A stretch of 64,000 nucleotides of DNA. Origin: an uncultured Solirubrobacterales bacterium (lineage in GTDB: Bacteria > Actinomycetota > Thermoleophilia > Solirubrobacterales > Solirubrobacteraceae). Below the pieces are notes generated by a model, which did not search any database, was not told where the DNA came from, and saw only the letters and a list, made by a program, of their open reading frames with translations. Of this stretch, positions 1 to 8,049 are shown one piece after another. Each line of letters opens with the position of its first letter. The first letter of the stretch is position 1. A program made the position numbers and the translations under genes. The DNA lies in assembly GCA_963850335.1 (NCBI GenBank), contig CAWKKY010000008.1:28077-92076 (forward strand), written 5' to 3'.

Positions 1-1192
1 CGGCGGAGAACCGGTCCGCGTACGTGTGCCGTGCCTGCGTCCGAAGACGGGCTCGGAGCGGCGCGTCGGTGCACAACCGCGTCAGTCCTGCGGCGAGGGC
101 GTCGACGTCCCCGGGTCTGACGAGGAGCGCATCCCGCTCGTCGGTCACGTCCTCAGGAATCCCATCGATGTCCGAAGCGACGATCGCCGCTCCGGCCTGG
201 AGCGCCTCGATCAGGGATACCGAGCCGCTGCCCTCCTCGAGCGATGGGAGCACGAACACGTCAGCCTGCTGCAGGTAGGGGAGCACGTCGTCGACGTGGC
301 CGGTGACGACGACGTTGGAGGACAGGTTGAGCTCTCGCACGAGTGTTTGATGCGCCGCGAACAGCGGCCCTGGACCGACGAGGCACGCGCGCACCGGCGT
401 TCCGGCTCGCACCAGCCTGGACAGGGCACGCAGGAGGATGTCGAGGCCCTTTCGCGGGTCGTGTCGCGAGACACTCACGACGAGCGGTGCGCCCTCCGGT
501 CGCAGCCGGGTGATCGCCTCCGGTGTGGGGTTCGGGTCACCCGCGTCGGACCGGAATGCGAGCGGGGCTGCGTAGGGCAGTCGGCGGATGTCGAGCCCTG
601 GACCGCAAGCCGTCTCCACGAGCCGGCGGACGGAGTCGTAGTTGACCAGGAGCCGGGCCGAGCCGCGATAGCCGCGCCGCTCCGCCGGCGCCGCCACCCT
701 CCGCACCCACCGGTCTGAGACTCGGTACCCGAGGGCCTGCCGAAGGCCATGGAGTGGCGCGAGCCCGCCCACCTTGGCTCGCGCCTCGTGATCGAGGGTC
801 GTGTACACGCTCGCGATCGGGGCCGCCGTCACGCCCCGGCGGGCGAGGATGCGACTTGCGGTGACCCCGGTCGATGCCCATGCGCCGAAGCTGTGAATGA
901 CGTGCGGGCCCGGCGCGCCCGCGAGGTGGCGGCTGATCGCGGCGACGAGCACCGGCTCCTGGGCCGCGGCGAGCAGGGTGTAATTCCTGCGGATCGGCGA
1001 CGCGATCCGGTGCAGCGTGCCGACGTCGCAGTGCTCGATGCGGGGCGGCGGGCCGACACAGAACACCTGAGGAGCGAAACCGGCGAGCGCGGCGGCCCGG
1101 GCATGGGCGGCGACCAGGGTGCGGTGCCCGCTCACTGCCTCCAGCGGATCGGTGCCCGCGACGAGAACGAGGCGACGCTCGTTATCGCTCAT
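1..1192 (-). CDS. Glycosyltransferase family 4 (GT-B fold); 3' end runs off the window
   Basis: Absent from the ORF track because there is no stop in the window. Manual translation from ATG 1192 (MSDNERRLVLVAGTDP) stays open to base 2. It contains SRHDPRKGLDILLRAL and ADVFVLPSLEEGSGSVSLIEALQAGAAIVASDIDGIPE, typical GT4 C-terminal motifs. Confidence 0.9.
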   Translation of the reverse strand, partial: MSDNERRLVLVAGTDPLEAVSGHRTLVAAHARAAALAGFAPQVFCVGPPPRIEHCDVGTLHRIASPIRRNYTLLAAAQEPVLVAAISRHLAGAPGPHVIHSFGAWASTGVTASRILARRGVTAAPIASVYTTLDHEARAKVGGLAPLHGLRQALGYRVSDRWVRRVAAPAERRGYRGSARLLVNYDSVRRLVETACGPGLDIRRLPYAAPLAFRSDAGDPNPTPEAITRLRPEGAPLVVSVSRHDPRKGLDILLRALSRLVRAGTPVRACLVGPGPLFAAHQTLVRELNLSSNVVVTGHVDDVLPYLQQADVFVLPSLEEGSGSVSLIEALQAGAAIVASDIDGIPEDVTDERDALLVRPGDVDALAAGLTRLCTDAPLRARLRTQARHTYADRFSA

Positions 1193-1318
1193 CGCGGCGC
1201 AGCCCCCGGCCGATACGCACCGCGCGCCATCTGGCCACCCTCGGGCGCTCATCCGGTCGCGAGCCTATCGGTCGCGCCCGGTCGGCGAACAGGCGCCGGC
1301 TTTTGGGAGGATGACGTC

Positions 1319-1984
1319 GTGAGCGCGTTCGAAGGGTTCAGCCCGAAGGTCCGTTCGTGGTTCATCGGGCTCGAGGCCGATAACAGCAAGGCGTACTTCT
1401 CGGCCCGTCGCGACTTCTTTGATGACGCGATCCGCGGTCAGATGCAGGCGATGCTCGACGAGCTGGGCGTGACGTTCGGTGGCGAGGTCAAGCTCTTTCG
1501 CCAGAACCGCGATATCCGCTTCTCGCCCGACAAATCGCCGTACAAGACGAACACCTACGGAATCCTGCGTGGGTCGGACCTCGGCCCCCAGGGCCTCTAC
1601 GTCTCGATCTCCGCTGACGGGCTCGTGGCCGGGAGCGGTTACCACGTGATGGCGCGCGATCAACTCGAGCGCTACCGCGAGGCGGTCGCCGACGACGCGT
1701 GCGGACGCGCACTCGAGGCCGCCGTGGCCAACGTCAGCAGTGCCGGCCTGGAAGTGTGGGGCGAGAGCCTTCGAGCGACGCCTCGCGGTTACCCGAAGGA
1801 CCATCCGCGGATCGAGCAGCTGCGCCGCAAGAGCCTGTTCCTCGGTGCCCGGACGAAGGTGGGACGGGGCATCGGCCGGGACGCCGCGCTGGAGTTCGTC
1901 TCCGGCACCTGGCGCGCCGCGCGGCCGGTCACCTCGTGGCTCGATGACAACGTTGGCCCGAGCACGATGCCCGAGCGCCGATGA
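1319..1984 (+). CDS. DUF2461 (TIGR02453-like) family protein
   Basis: 3' part of ORF 749..1984. GTG 1319 follows GGAGG. Motifs LEADNSKAYF, FRQNRDIRFSPDKSPYKT and TPRGYPKDHP. Confidence 0.88.
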   Translation: MSAFEGFSPKVRSWFIGLEADNSKAYFSARRDFFDDAIRGQMQAMLDELGVTFGGEVKLFRQNRDIRFSPDKSPYKTNTYGILRGSDLGPQGLYVSISADGLVAGSGYHVMARDQLERYREAVADDACGRALEAAVANVSSAGLEVWGESLRATPRGYPKDHPRIEQLRRKSLFLGARTKVGRGIGRDAALEFVSGTWRAARPVTSWLDDNVGPSTMPERR

Positions 1985-2014
1985 ACAGCCGCGCCGGCGG
2001 ATAGCATCGCCTCG

Positions 2015-2554
2015 ATGCGTGAGAGGCACGGACGATGGCCGGTCGTCGCGGCGGGAGCGGTTGGGCCGGTGAGTGCGCTCGCGGTCAAGCAGCCAGCGGT
2101 CCGTCCGATCGCCGCGTTGCTCTGGCACCAGACCGAGGAGTGGGTCTGGCCCGGTGGCTTTCTGCCGTGGATGAACCGCGAGGTGATCGGGTCAGACGAC
2201 GACGAGTTTCCGCTCGACCGACGCGCCGGGCTCGTGATCAACGTCGTCTTCGGTTGGGGCTTCAGCGCGCTCACGACCGCTGGTCCGGCCGCCGCCGCGC
2301 CGCTGGCGCTCCTGTACACCAGCCACCTCGGAAATGTGGTCCTGCACGCTGGCTGGGCGATTCGCAACCGGCGCTATGACCCGGGCGTCGTGACCGCGAT
2401 CCTGACGCTGGGGCCGACCGGGGTCGTCGGACTCCGGTCGCTCGCCCGTGACCCGGCCGTGTCGCGCCGGGACCTGAGCGCGGGCATGGTCGGCGGCATC
2501 GCCATGTCGGTGGCGTTGATCACCGGGCTGAAGCGCCGCCAGCGACGCAGCTGA
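2015..2554 (+). CDS. HXXEE domain-containing membrane protein
   Basis: HQTEE motif, several hydrophobic segments, YDPGVVTA. Confidence 0.8.
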   Translation: MRERHGRWPVVAAGAVGPVSALAVKQPAVRPIAALLWHQTEEWVWPGGFLPWMNREVIGSDDDEFPLDRRAGLVINVVFGWGFSALTTAGPAAAAPLALLYTSHLGNVVLHAGWAIRNRRYDPGVVTAILTLGPTGVVGLRSLARDPAVSRRDLSAGMVGGIAMSVALITGLKRRQRRS

Positions 2555-2567
2555 CGGTGACGAAATC

Positions 2568-2942
2568 TCAGACGGCGGGCGTGTCGTCCTGAAGGGCCGC
2601 GATCCCGAGCCCGGCCGCGACGAGTGCGGTCGTGGTCACAAGCACCGTGGCGTGCTTGGGCAGCTCGCCGCGGCGACCCGCGAGGAGCCCCGCGACGGCG
2701 TCGGCGAGGTCGCAGGCCACGCCGAGCCGCAGCCACTGGGCGCGGTCTGACCCCGAGCTCGAGCTCGTGCCGAGCGCGAGTGCGACGTCGCGCACGCCGA
2801 ACAGTCGGCCGAGGTAGGGGGCCTGCGGATTGGCGGCGGGGTCGAGCCCGAACAGGCGGGCCGAGAGCCGCGGTGCGAGCCAGGCTCCGGCACCGACGGC
2901 GGTGCGGAGACCGATGAGTCCGTTGACGATCTGTTCGTTCAT
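2568..2942 (-). CDS. Small membrane protein (DUF4267-like)
   Basis: Real start is probably ATG 2942 (MNEQIVNGLIGLRTAVG). Motif RLFGVRDVALALG and D(L)AD in a TM helix. Confidence 0.65.
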   Translation of the reverse strand: MNEQIVNGLIGLRTAVGAGAWLAPRLSARLFGLDPAANPQAPYLGRLFGVRDVALALGTSSSSGSDRAQWLRLGVACDLADAVAGLLAGRRGELPKHATVLVTTTALVAAGLGIAALQDDTPAV

Positions 2943-2953
2943 GGCGGTCCAGC

Positions 2954-3852
2954 CTAACCCGCGTGAGCCACCTGGCGCAACGGCACCCGCGCGAGACCGG
3001 CGCCGCACAACGCGAGTGCCGCCATCGCGCTGAGGGGCAGTGCCGTCGCGATCGCCGCGAGCACGCCTCCGCCGACGCCGGAGATCGCCTCGGCGCCGAC
3101 CTGGAGTGACTGATTGGTTCCGAGCGCGCTTCCCTGCTCCTCGGCCGGAGCGCTCTCGGAGATGATCGTGGCCGCCGCTGGGAGGCAGATCGCGACGGCG
3201 AATGCGGTGACGCCGAGCGTCGGCCACAGGGCGGCCTGCGAGTTCGGGATCACGATCGTCGCCATCGCCAGGCCGAGGACGAGCGCGGCCCGGGCGAGCA
3301 TCTGACGCGCGGTCCACCGCTTGGCCAGCCACCCGACCACTCCGGCATTGGCAACGACGATCGGGACCGCCACCCAGGCGACGAGGAGGGATTCTCTGGA
3401 CACCGGCTCCGCTCGGACGCCGGCGCGATATCGGCGATGGCGCTTTGGGCCACGGAGATGTTCGCCTCCGAGAGGCCGGCGAGAAAGCAGGCGAGGAGCA
3501 GCAGTCCGAATGTGCGGGTGCCGACTGCCACCGCGATCAGCGCATAACAGGCCGCGCACGCGGCCAACGAGACCAACAGGGTCGGCCGCCGGCCGTGGCG
3601 ATCCGAGAGCGCACCGATGATCGGCGCACCCAGGAACTGTGCGAGCGGATAGAGCGCGAGCAGGATCCCGAGCGCGATCGTCCGCGTCGACGTGCCATCG
3701 GAACGCGGAAGCATGCCGCCGTCCGGCCGCAACATGAGCGGCGTGAAGATCGCGATCATCAGGCTGTAGCCGACGAACCCCGCGAACACGACGAGGTAGA
3801 GCGGCAACACGCGGCGCACCGCGAGCGGCGAGTCGGCGATCTGCTCAGACAT
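2954..3852 (-). pseudogene. MFS transporter (TetA/DHA1-like) with internal deletion and frameshift at ~3400
   Basis: N-half in ORF 3250..3852 (motif A GALSDRHGRRP, ends at ASERSR). C-terminal helices in ORF 2954..3559 (EEQGSALGTNQSLQ). Total ~300 codons versus ~400 expected. Confidence 0.8.
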
Positions 3853-3958
3853 CGGTCAACCTCCCCCTGGACAACCCCACGGACGGCACGATATCCGCCC
3901 GGCCAGAAACGTCAAACGAGAGGTCTGCCCGAGCACCGAGTGGGTAACACTGCCCGTT

Positions 3959-5299
3959 GTGGATCGCTGGTTTGAGATCACTGCACGTGGAAGCACCGTG
4001 CGCACCGAGGTCATCGGCGGCCTCACGACCTTCCTCACGCTGGTCTACATCGTGTTCGTCAATCCGTCGATCCTCAGCGGGACGGCCGACCTCCACGGAA
4101 CGCACCTGCAGTTCGATCAGGTTCTCGCCGTCACTGCCCTATGTGGCGGACTGCTGACGATTGCGATGGGGATATTCGGTCGCTATCCGTTCGCGCTCGC
4201 CGCCGGTCTCGGCCTGAACGCCTTCGCCGCCGCGGAGGTCGCGGCCCACCGGGTCGACTGGCCGTCGATGATGGGCATCTTCGTCATCGACGGGGCGGTC
4301 ATCGTGGCGCTCGTCGTCCTGGGCCTGCGAGAACGGATCATCGACGCGATCCCGTTCGACCTCAAGCTTGCGATCGGGATCGGGATCGGCGCCTTCATCA
4401 CCGTCGTCGGTCTCAAGAACGCAGGATTCATTGTTGAGGGAGGGAACCTCGGGACCCTCGCTCCGCACCTCGGGACCTGGAAGATCCTCGTGTTCGTCGT
4501 CGGCCTGTTCGGGACCTGGACGCTGTATGACCGCGGTGTCCGCGGCGCGCTTCTGTTCGGCATTCTCGGGGCGACCGTGCTCGCCACGGTGATCAACGCA
4601 ATCGACGGGTACCACATCTGGACCGACGGCACGGCACGGCTGCCACGCGGCGCCTGGCTGACGACGCCGGACCTGGCGCTCGCTGATGGCAGCCACGTCG
4701 CCTTTCACTACGGGCAGCTCGGGTTTGGCGTGGTGGCGATCATCCTCGCCGTCGTGATGTCCGACCTGTTCGACAACGTCGGCACGACGGTGAGCGTGGC
4801 CCGGAACGCCGGGATCCTCGGCGAGGACGGTCGCCTGCCGCGGATCAAAACCGCCCTCGGGATTGACGGCTTTGCGGCGACGCTCGGCGGCTTCATGTCG
4901 GCCTCCTCGAACACGACCTTCATCGAGAGCAACGCCGGCGTCGCGGCAGGTGCACGGACCGGGTTGGCGTCGATCATCACCGGAGCGCTGCTGCTGCTCT
5001 GCATGTTCATCTCGCCGATCGCCGGGATGATTCCGCCGGAGGCGACCGCCGCGGCGCTGGTGATCGTCGGGGTGATGATGTTCGGGCTCGTCCGCGATCT
5101 TCGCTGGGACAACACGACCCCGCTCGCGGTGTTCGCGACGATCCTGATCATGCCGGTCACCTACAGCATCGCCAACGGCGTCGGTGTCGGGTTGATCCTC
5201 CACACCGTCTCCGAGCTGCTGCGAGGCCGGCGGGTCAGCATCATCCTGATCATCTTCAGCGGATTCTTCGTCTGGTACTTCCTGCACGGCGCGATCTGA
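3959..5299 (+). CDS. NCS2 family nucleobase permease (AzgA-like guanine/hypoxanthine)
   Basis: 446 aa, very hydrophobic. EVIGGLTTFLTLVYIVFVNPSIL, DLFDNVGT, SSNTTFIESNAGVAAGARTGL. Confidence 0.93.
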   Translation: MDRWFEITARGSTVRTEVIGGLTTFLTLVYIVFVNPSILSGTADLHGTHLQFDQVLAVTALCGGLLTIAMGIFGRYPFALAAGLGLNAFAAAEVAAHRVDWPSMMGIFVIDGAVIVALVVLGLRERIIDAIPFDLKLAIGIGIGAFITVVGLKNAGFIVEGGNLGTLAPHLGTWKILVFVVGLFGTWTLYDRGVRGALLFGILGATVLATVINAIDGYHIWTDGTARLPRGAWLTTPDLALADGSHVAFHYGQLGFGVVAIILAVVMSDLFDNVGTTVSVARNAGILGEDGRLPRIKTALGIDGFAATLGGFMSASSNTTFIESNAGVAAGARTGLASIITGALLLLCMFISPIAGMIPPEATAAALVIVGVMMFGLVRDLRWDNTTPLAVFATILIMPVTYSIANGVGVGLILHTVSELLRGRRVSIILIIFSGFFVWYFLHGAI

Positions 5300-5324
5300 G
5301 CGGCGTCGCCGCGGCGCCGCGAGG

Positions 5325-5567
5325 CTACGGGATCGTCTGGAGCGGCACGGTGAAGGTGCCGCCCTGATCGGAGGTGACCGTGAAGCCGCCGGCCTCGGCG
5401 TCCGGCGGCATCTCAGCCGCGTCGAACGTATGGGAGAGGTCGGTGAATCCGACGTCGTGCCCCACCGTCGAGCCACGATCGACGACGTGGTAGTAGCCGG
5501 GGCCGGTGTAGTGGAAGGTGGTGATGCTGAGCTGGGCGATCGCGGAGCTGCCGGGCCACGCCGGCCT
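5325..5567 (-). pseudogene. Start-less C-terminal remnant of a beta-rich protein
   Basis: 80 open codons with strong GC3 bias (WPGSSAIAQLSITTFHYTGPGYYHVVDRG...TFTVPLQTIP*). It begins right after the TGA of the upstream hydrolase, in the same frame, with no start codon near its 5' end. Confidence 0.5.
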
Positions 5568-6314
5568 TCAGGAGGTGAATCCGAGAATCAGCTCGGAGGT
5601 CTCGATCGGAACGTCGAGCTGCGGGGCGTGACCGACGTCGTCGAGCACGACCCAGTCGGCGTTCGGAAGCCAGTCGTTGCGATAGCGGACGGCAGCTGAC
5701 GGCCACGGCAGCAGCCGATCCTCGGCCCCCCACACGATCCGAACCGGGCAGGTGATTCGCTCGGCGTCGAGATTCCAGCCGAACGTGAGTGCGGCGTCGA
5801 CGGTGGCGCCGGCAGCGGTGCAGCCGGCGATGCCAACGAGCTGGTGCGCGAGCAGCTCAGGCGGGATGTGCTCGTAGCTGACCGTCTGGACCAGCGTGGC
5901 GCGGCGCCGTCCCGCGGGCGTGGCCAGGAGTGCGTCGGCGCGTGGCGCGAGCGTGACCGCCTGCGCCTGAAGGGAGCGCTGAAAGCTGAGCAGCTCACGG
6001 TAGGACTCGTCCCCGAGCGCCCACCCACCGGCGGGGGCGAGCGCGACGACCGTGCGGGCCCGGCCGCGCGCGGCAAGCTGGAGAGCGACGAAGCCGCCGA
6101 GCGAATTGCCGACGAGATGCGCGGTCTCGACACCCGCCTCGTCGAGCGCGCGCTCGACCGACTCGGCCATCGTCGTCGTCGTGACGTTATCCGGGAGCGG
6201 TGGTCCGCCGGCGTGACCGGGGAGGGTGAGCGCGAGCACCTCGTGCCGGCGCTCCAGCGTCGGCAGGACGAGCTCCCACGTGCGCCAGGTGTCGAGAAAG
6301 CCGTGCAGGCACAC
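5568..6314 (-). CDS. Alpha/beta fold hydrolase
   Basis: HG oxyanion motif (CLHGF), nucleophile elbow GNSLGG, C-terminal D/H (EDRLL, VGHAP). The frame is open ~29 codons further upstream without a canonical start, so the start is uncertain. Confidence 0.9.
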   Translation of the reverse strand: MCLHGFLDTWRTWELVLPTLERRHEVLALTLPGHAGGPPLPDNVTTTTMAESVERALDEAGVETAHLVGNSLGGFVALQLAARGRARTVVALAPAGGWALGDESYRELLSFQRSLQAQAVTLAPRADALLATPAGRRRATLVQTVSYEHIPPELLAHQLVGIAGCTAAGATVDAALTFGWNLDAERITCPVRIVWGAEDRLLPWPSAAVRYRNDWLPNADWVVLDDVGHAPQLDVPIETSELILGFTS

Positions 6315-6401
6315 GAGCGGAGGGCCATGGCCTTCGCGGTGGGAGGAGGTGAAGGGCGTGATCTCGATGGTGGGCCGGACCCTACCCCGGACGCACCCAG
6401 A

Positions 6402-6776
6402 TCACGAGCCGGCGAGAGCGAACGCGTGCCAGGCGTGGTAGTCGATGCCGCGGCGATCGGCCCGGGCGTGCGCTCCCCAGGAGGTGGAGCCAAAGTCACC
6501 GGACTGGCCGGGGAGCACGTCAACCGGGAGGGTCACCGCAAACGGATAGCTCATGCCGGCCTGAAGCGTGCCGGTCGCCAGCGGTGTTGCCGCGGCGATG
6601 GCGCGCCCGACCGCGTGGTAGTCGGCGGTCCAGTCGCGGTACTCGAGCGCGACCGTCAGCTCACGCGCCTCGACCGTCTCGGCGATCTGGACCGAACCGG
6701 TGACCGCCTCTCCCGGCCGGAAGGCGGGCCGGTCGAGCGAGATCGTCAGATGCGCTGTGGCGGGGTGGGGTGTCAC
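6402..6776 (-). CDS. Single-domain arrestin-N/SpoOM-like protein
   Basis: LTISLDRPAFRPGEAVTGSV and YPFAVTLPVDVLPGQSGDFGSTSW match the arrestin-N pattern from memory. GTGA overlap with the upstream gene. Confidence 0.6.
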   Translation of the reverse strand: MTPHPATAHLTISLDRPAFRPGEAVTGSVQIAETVEARELTVALEYRDWTADYHAVGRAIAAATPLATGTLQAGMSYPFAVTLPVDVLPGQSGDFGSTSWGAHARADRRGIDYHAWHAFALAGS

Positions 6777-7366
6777 GGGGAGATCCAGATCGGGACGTCC
6801 CGCGAGGCGTCGAGACCATGCGCGTGGCGGTCACGTAGCGCGACGTGCCACGCCCAGGACACCGCTCCGCCCTCGTAGGAGAACGGCGAGTTGGGAGGCA
6901 CCGTGAAGCGGACGCTCTGCTGCTGTGTTGCACGATCGAGCGCGTTCCAGGTGGCGAACGCGTCGGTCGTCTTGAGGATGCGCTGCTCCTGAGAGCCGTT
7001 CTGGGTGTACACGGTCTGTTTGACGTCGTAGTACTCGGTGCACAGCAGTCCGAGCTCGAGCGTCTCGCCGAGCTTGGCGGCGTTCGTGATCACGACCGTG
7101 GCGGTCACGGTGTCGCCGAGTCTGGCCTCGATCGGCTCCACCCGGAGTTCGAGGTGGCGCGCCTGGCGGGGATGTCGGCGCCACCACGCCCACGCGCCCA
7201 ACAGAACAAAGACCGCGGCGCCGACGATGAGGACCGCGCCGCCGATGCGGGCGCCGGACGGGCTCTTGTCGTGGGGGGCGGTGACGAACAGGATGACCGC
7301 TCCGGCCGTCATGCCCACGGCGGCCAGCGTGAGGAAGATCGTCCCGATTGGCGCACCGCGATTCAC
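6773..7366 (-). CDS. Two-TM membrane protein with C-terminal arrestin-N/SpoOM-like domain
   Basis: Probable GTG start 7366 within ORF 6773..7444. Two hydrophobic helices, then LELRVEPIEARLGDTVTATV...VRFTVPPNSPFSYEGGAVSWAWHV. Confidence 0.6.
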   Translation of the reverse strand: MNRGAPIGTIFLTLAAVGMTAGAVILFVTAPHDKSPSGARIGGAVLIVGAAVFVLLGAWAWWRRHPRQARHLELRVEPIEARLGDTVTATVVITNAAKLGETLELGLLCTEYYDVKQTVYTQNGSQEQRILKTTDAFATWNALDRATQQQSVRFTVPPNSPFSYEGGAVSWAWHVALRDRHAHGLDASRDVPIWISP

Positions 7367-7453
7367 CCGGCGGCTCTGTGCCCCCGGCGGGTGCCCTGGT
7401 GGAAGATGGTTTCGCCCCTGGCGGAACGCTCCCTGTCGCGCCATCGGCGCACT

Positions 7454-7873
7454 CTAACCGAGCACGTACGTCCCGTGGACGTGCGGCGCCACGCCGGGCA
7501 GGTAGCCCTGCGGGCCAATGGCGAACAGCCCGTCGGTAGGTGTGGCGTAGCAGCAGGAACTGCCGATCCGCGACGAGGCGGATCCGCAGAACGTGACGAG
7601 TCCGCCCCGCACGGCGTCACGGTAGATGACGACGCCGCCGGCGGCGCGCCGTGCTGATCCGATCCGGAACGTCACCGTCTCACCGGCCCGGACCGTCGGC
7701 GGGGGTGTGAGCAACCACACGTCGGCTGCCCCGTGACACGCGCTCACGAGCATGAGCGGATGGCCGGTCTCGTTGCGGAACACAACCTCGTAGGCATGTC
7801 GCTCGAGATCGTCCGTTGTGCCGCTCGGAGTCGCACTGCGATCCTTGGTGAAATCTGCCGTTGTACTGATCAT
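7454..7873 (-). CDS. Aegerolysin/Cry34-like beta-sandwich protein
   Basis: 139 aa with RBS GGAGG before ATG 7873. EVVFRNETGHPLML...W..TPPPTVRAGETVTF...GGVVIY...GS..Y...HVHGTYVL follows the aegerolysin/Cry34 pattern by eye. Confidence 0.55.
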   Translation of the reverse strand: MISTTADFTKDRSATPSGTTDDLERHAYEVVFRNETGHPLMLVSACHGAADVWLLTPPPTVRAGETVTFRIGSARRAAGGVVIYRDAVRGGLVTFCGSASSRIGSSCCYATPTDGLFAIGPQGYLPGVAPHVHGTYVLG

Positions 7874-7970
7874 GGTGGCCTCCTGTTCCTGTCGTGTCTG
7901 TCAACACAACAATGGCCCCGGTGGTTGCGGGTGACCATCGCCCGGCAGGTGGAGCGGGAGGATGATCTGA

Positions 7971-7990
7971 CCTCCTCCGATCGGAGGAGG
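7971..7990. promoter_or_regulatory. Perfect 20-bp palindrome CCTCCTCCGA|TCGGAGGAGG in a divergent intergenic region
   Basis: Seen directly in sequence. Function unknown. Confidence 0.4.
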
Positions 7991-8049
7991 AGGCTGGCGC
8001 GGTTCGCAAATCACGCCGCTAAGGTGGAGTCCAGGGAGCGACCCGTGTG

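Noticed and set aside
3853-3958. Possible purine-sensing riboswitch upstream of the NCS2 permease
   Set aside because: No purine, ZTP or preQ1 consensus recognisable by eye. An Infernal/Rfam scan would be needed to exclude it fully.
4139-5476. 445-aa minus-strand ORF
   Set aside because: Antisense shadow of the NCS2 permease; Arg/Gly-rich with no motifs, typical of high-GC reverse frames.
5560-5575. Selenocysteine recoding of the hydrolase TGA
   Set aside because: No convincing SECIS-like hairpin, and a catalytic Sec makes no sense after a complete alpha/beta hydrolase domain.
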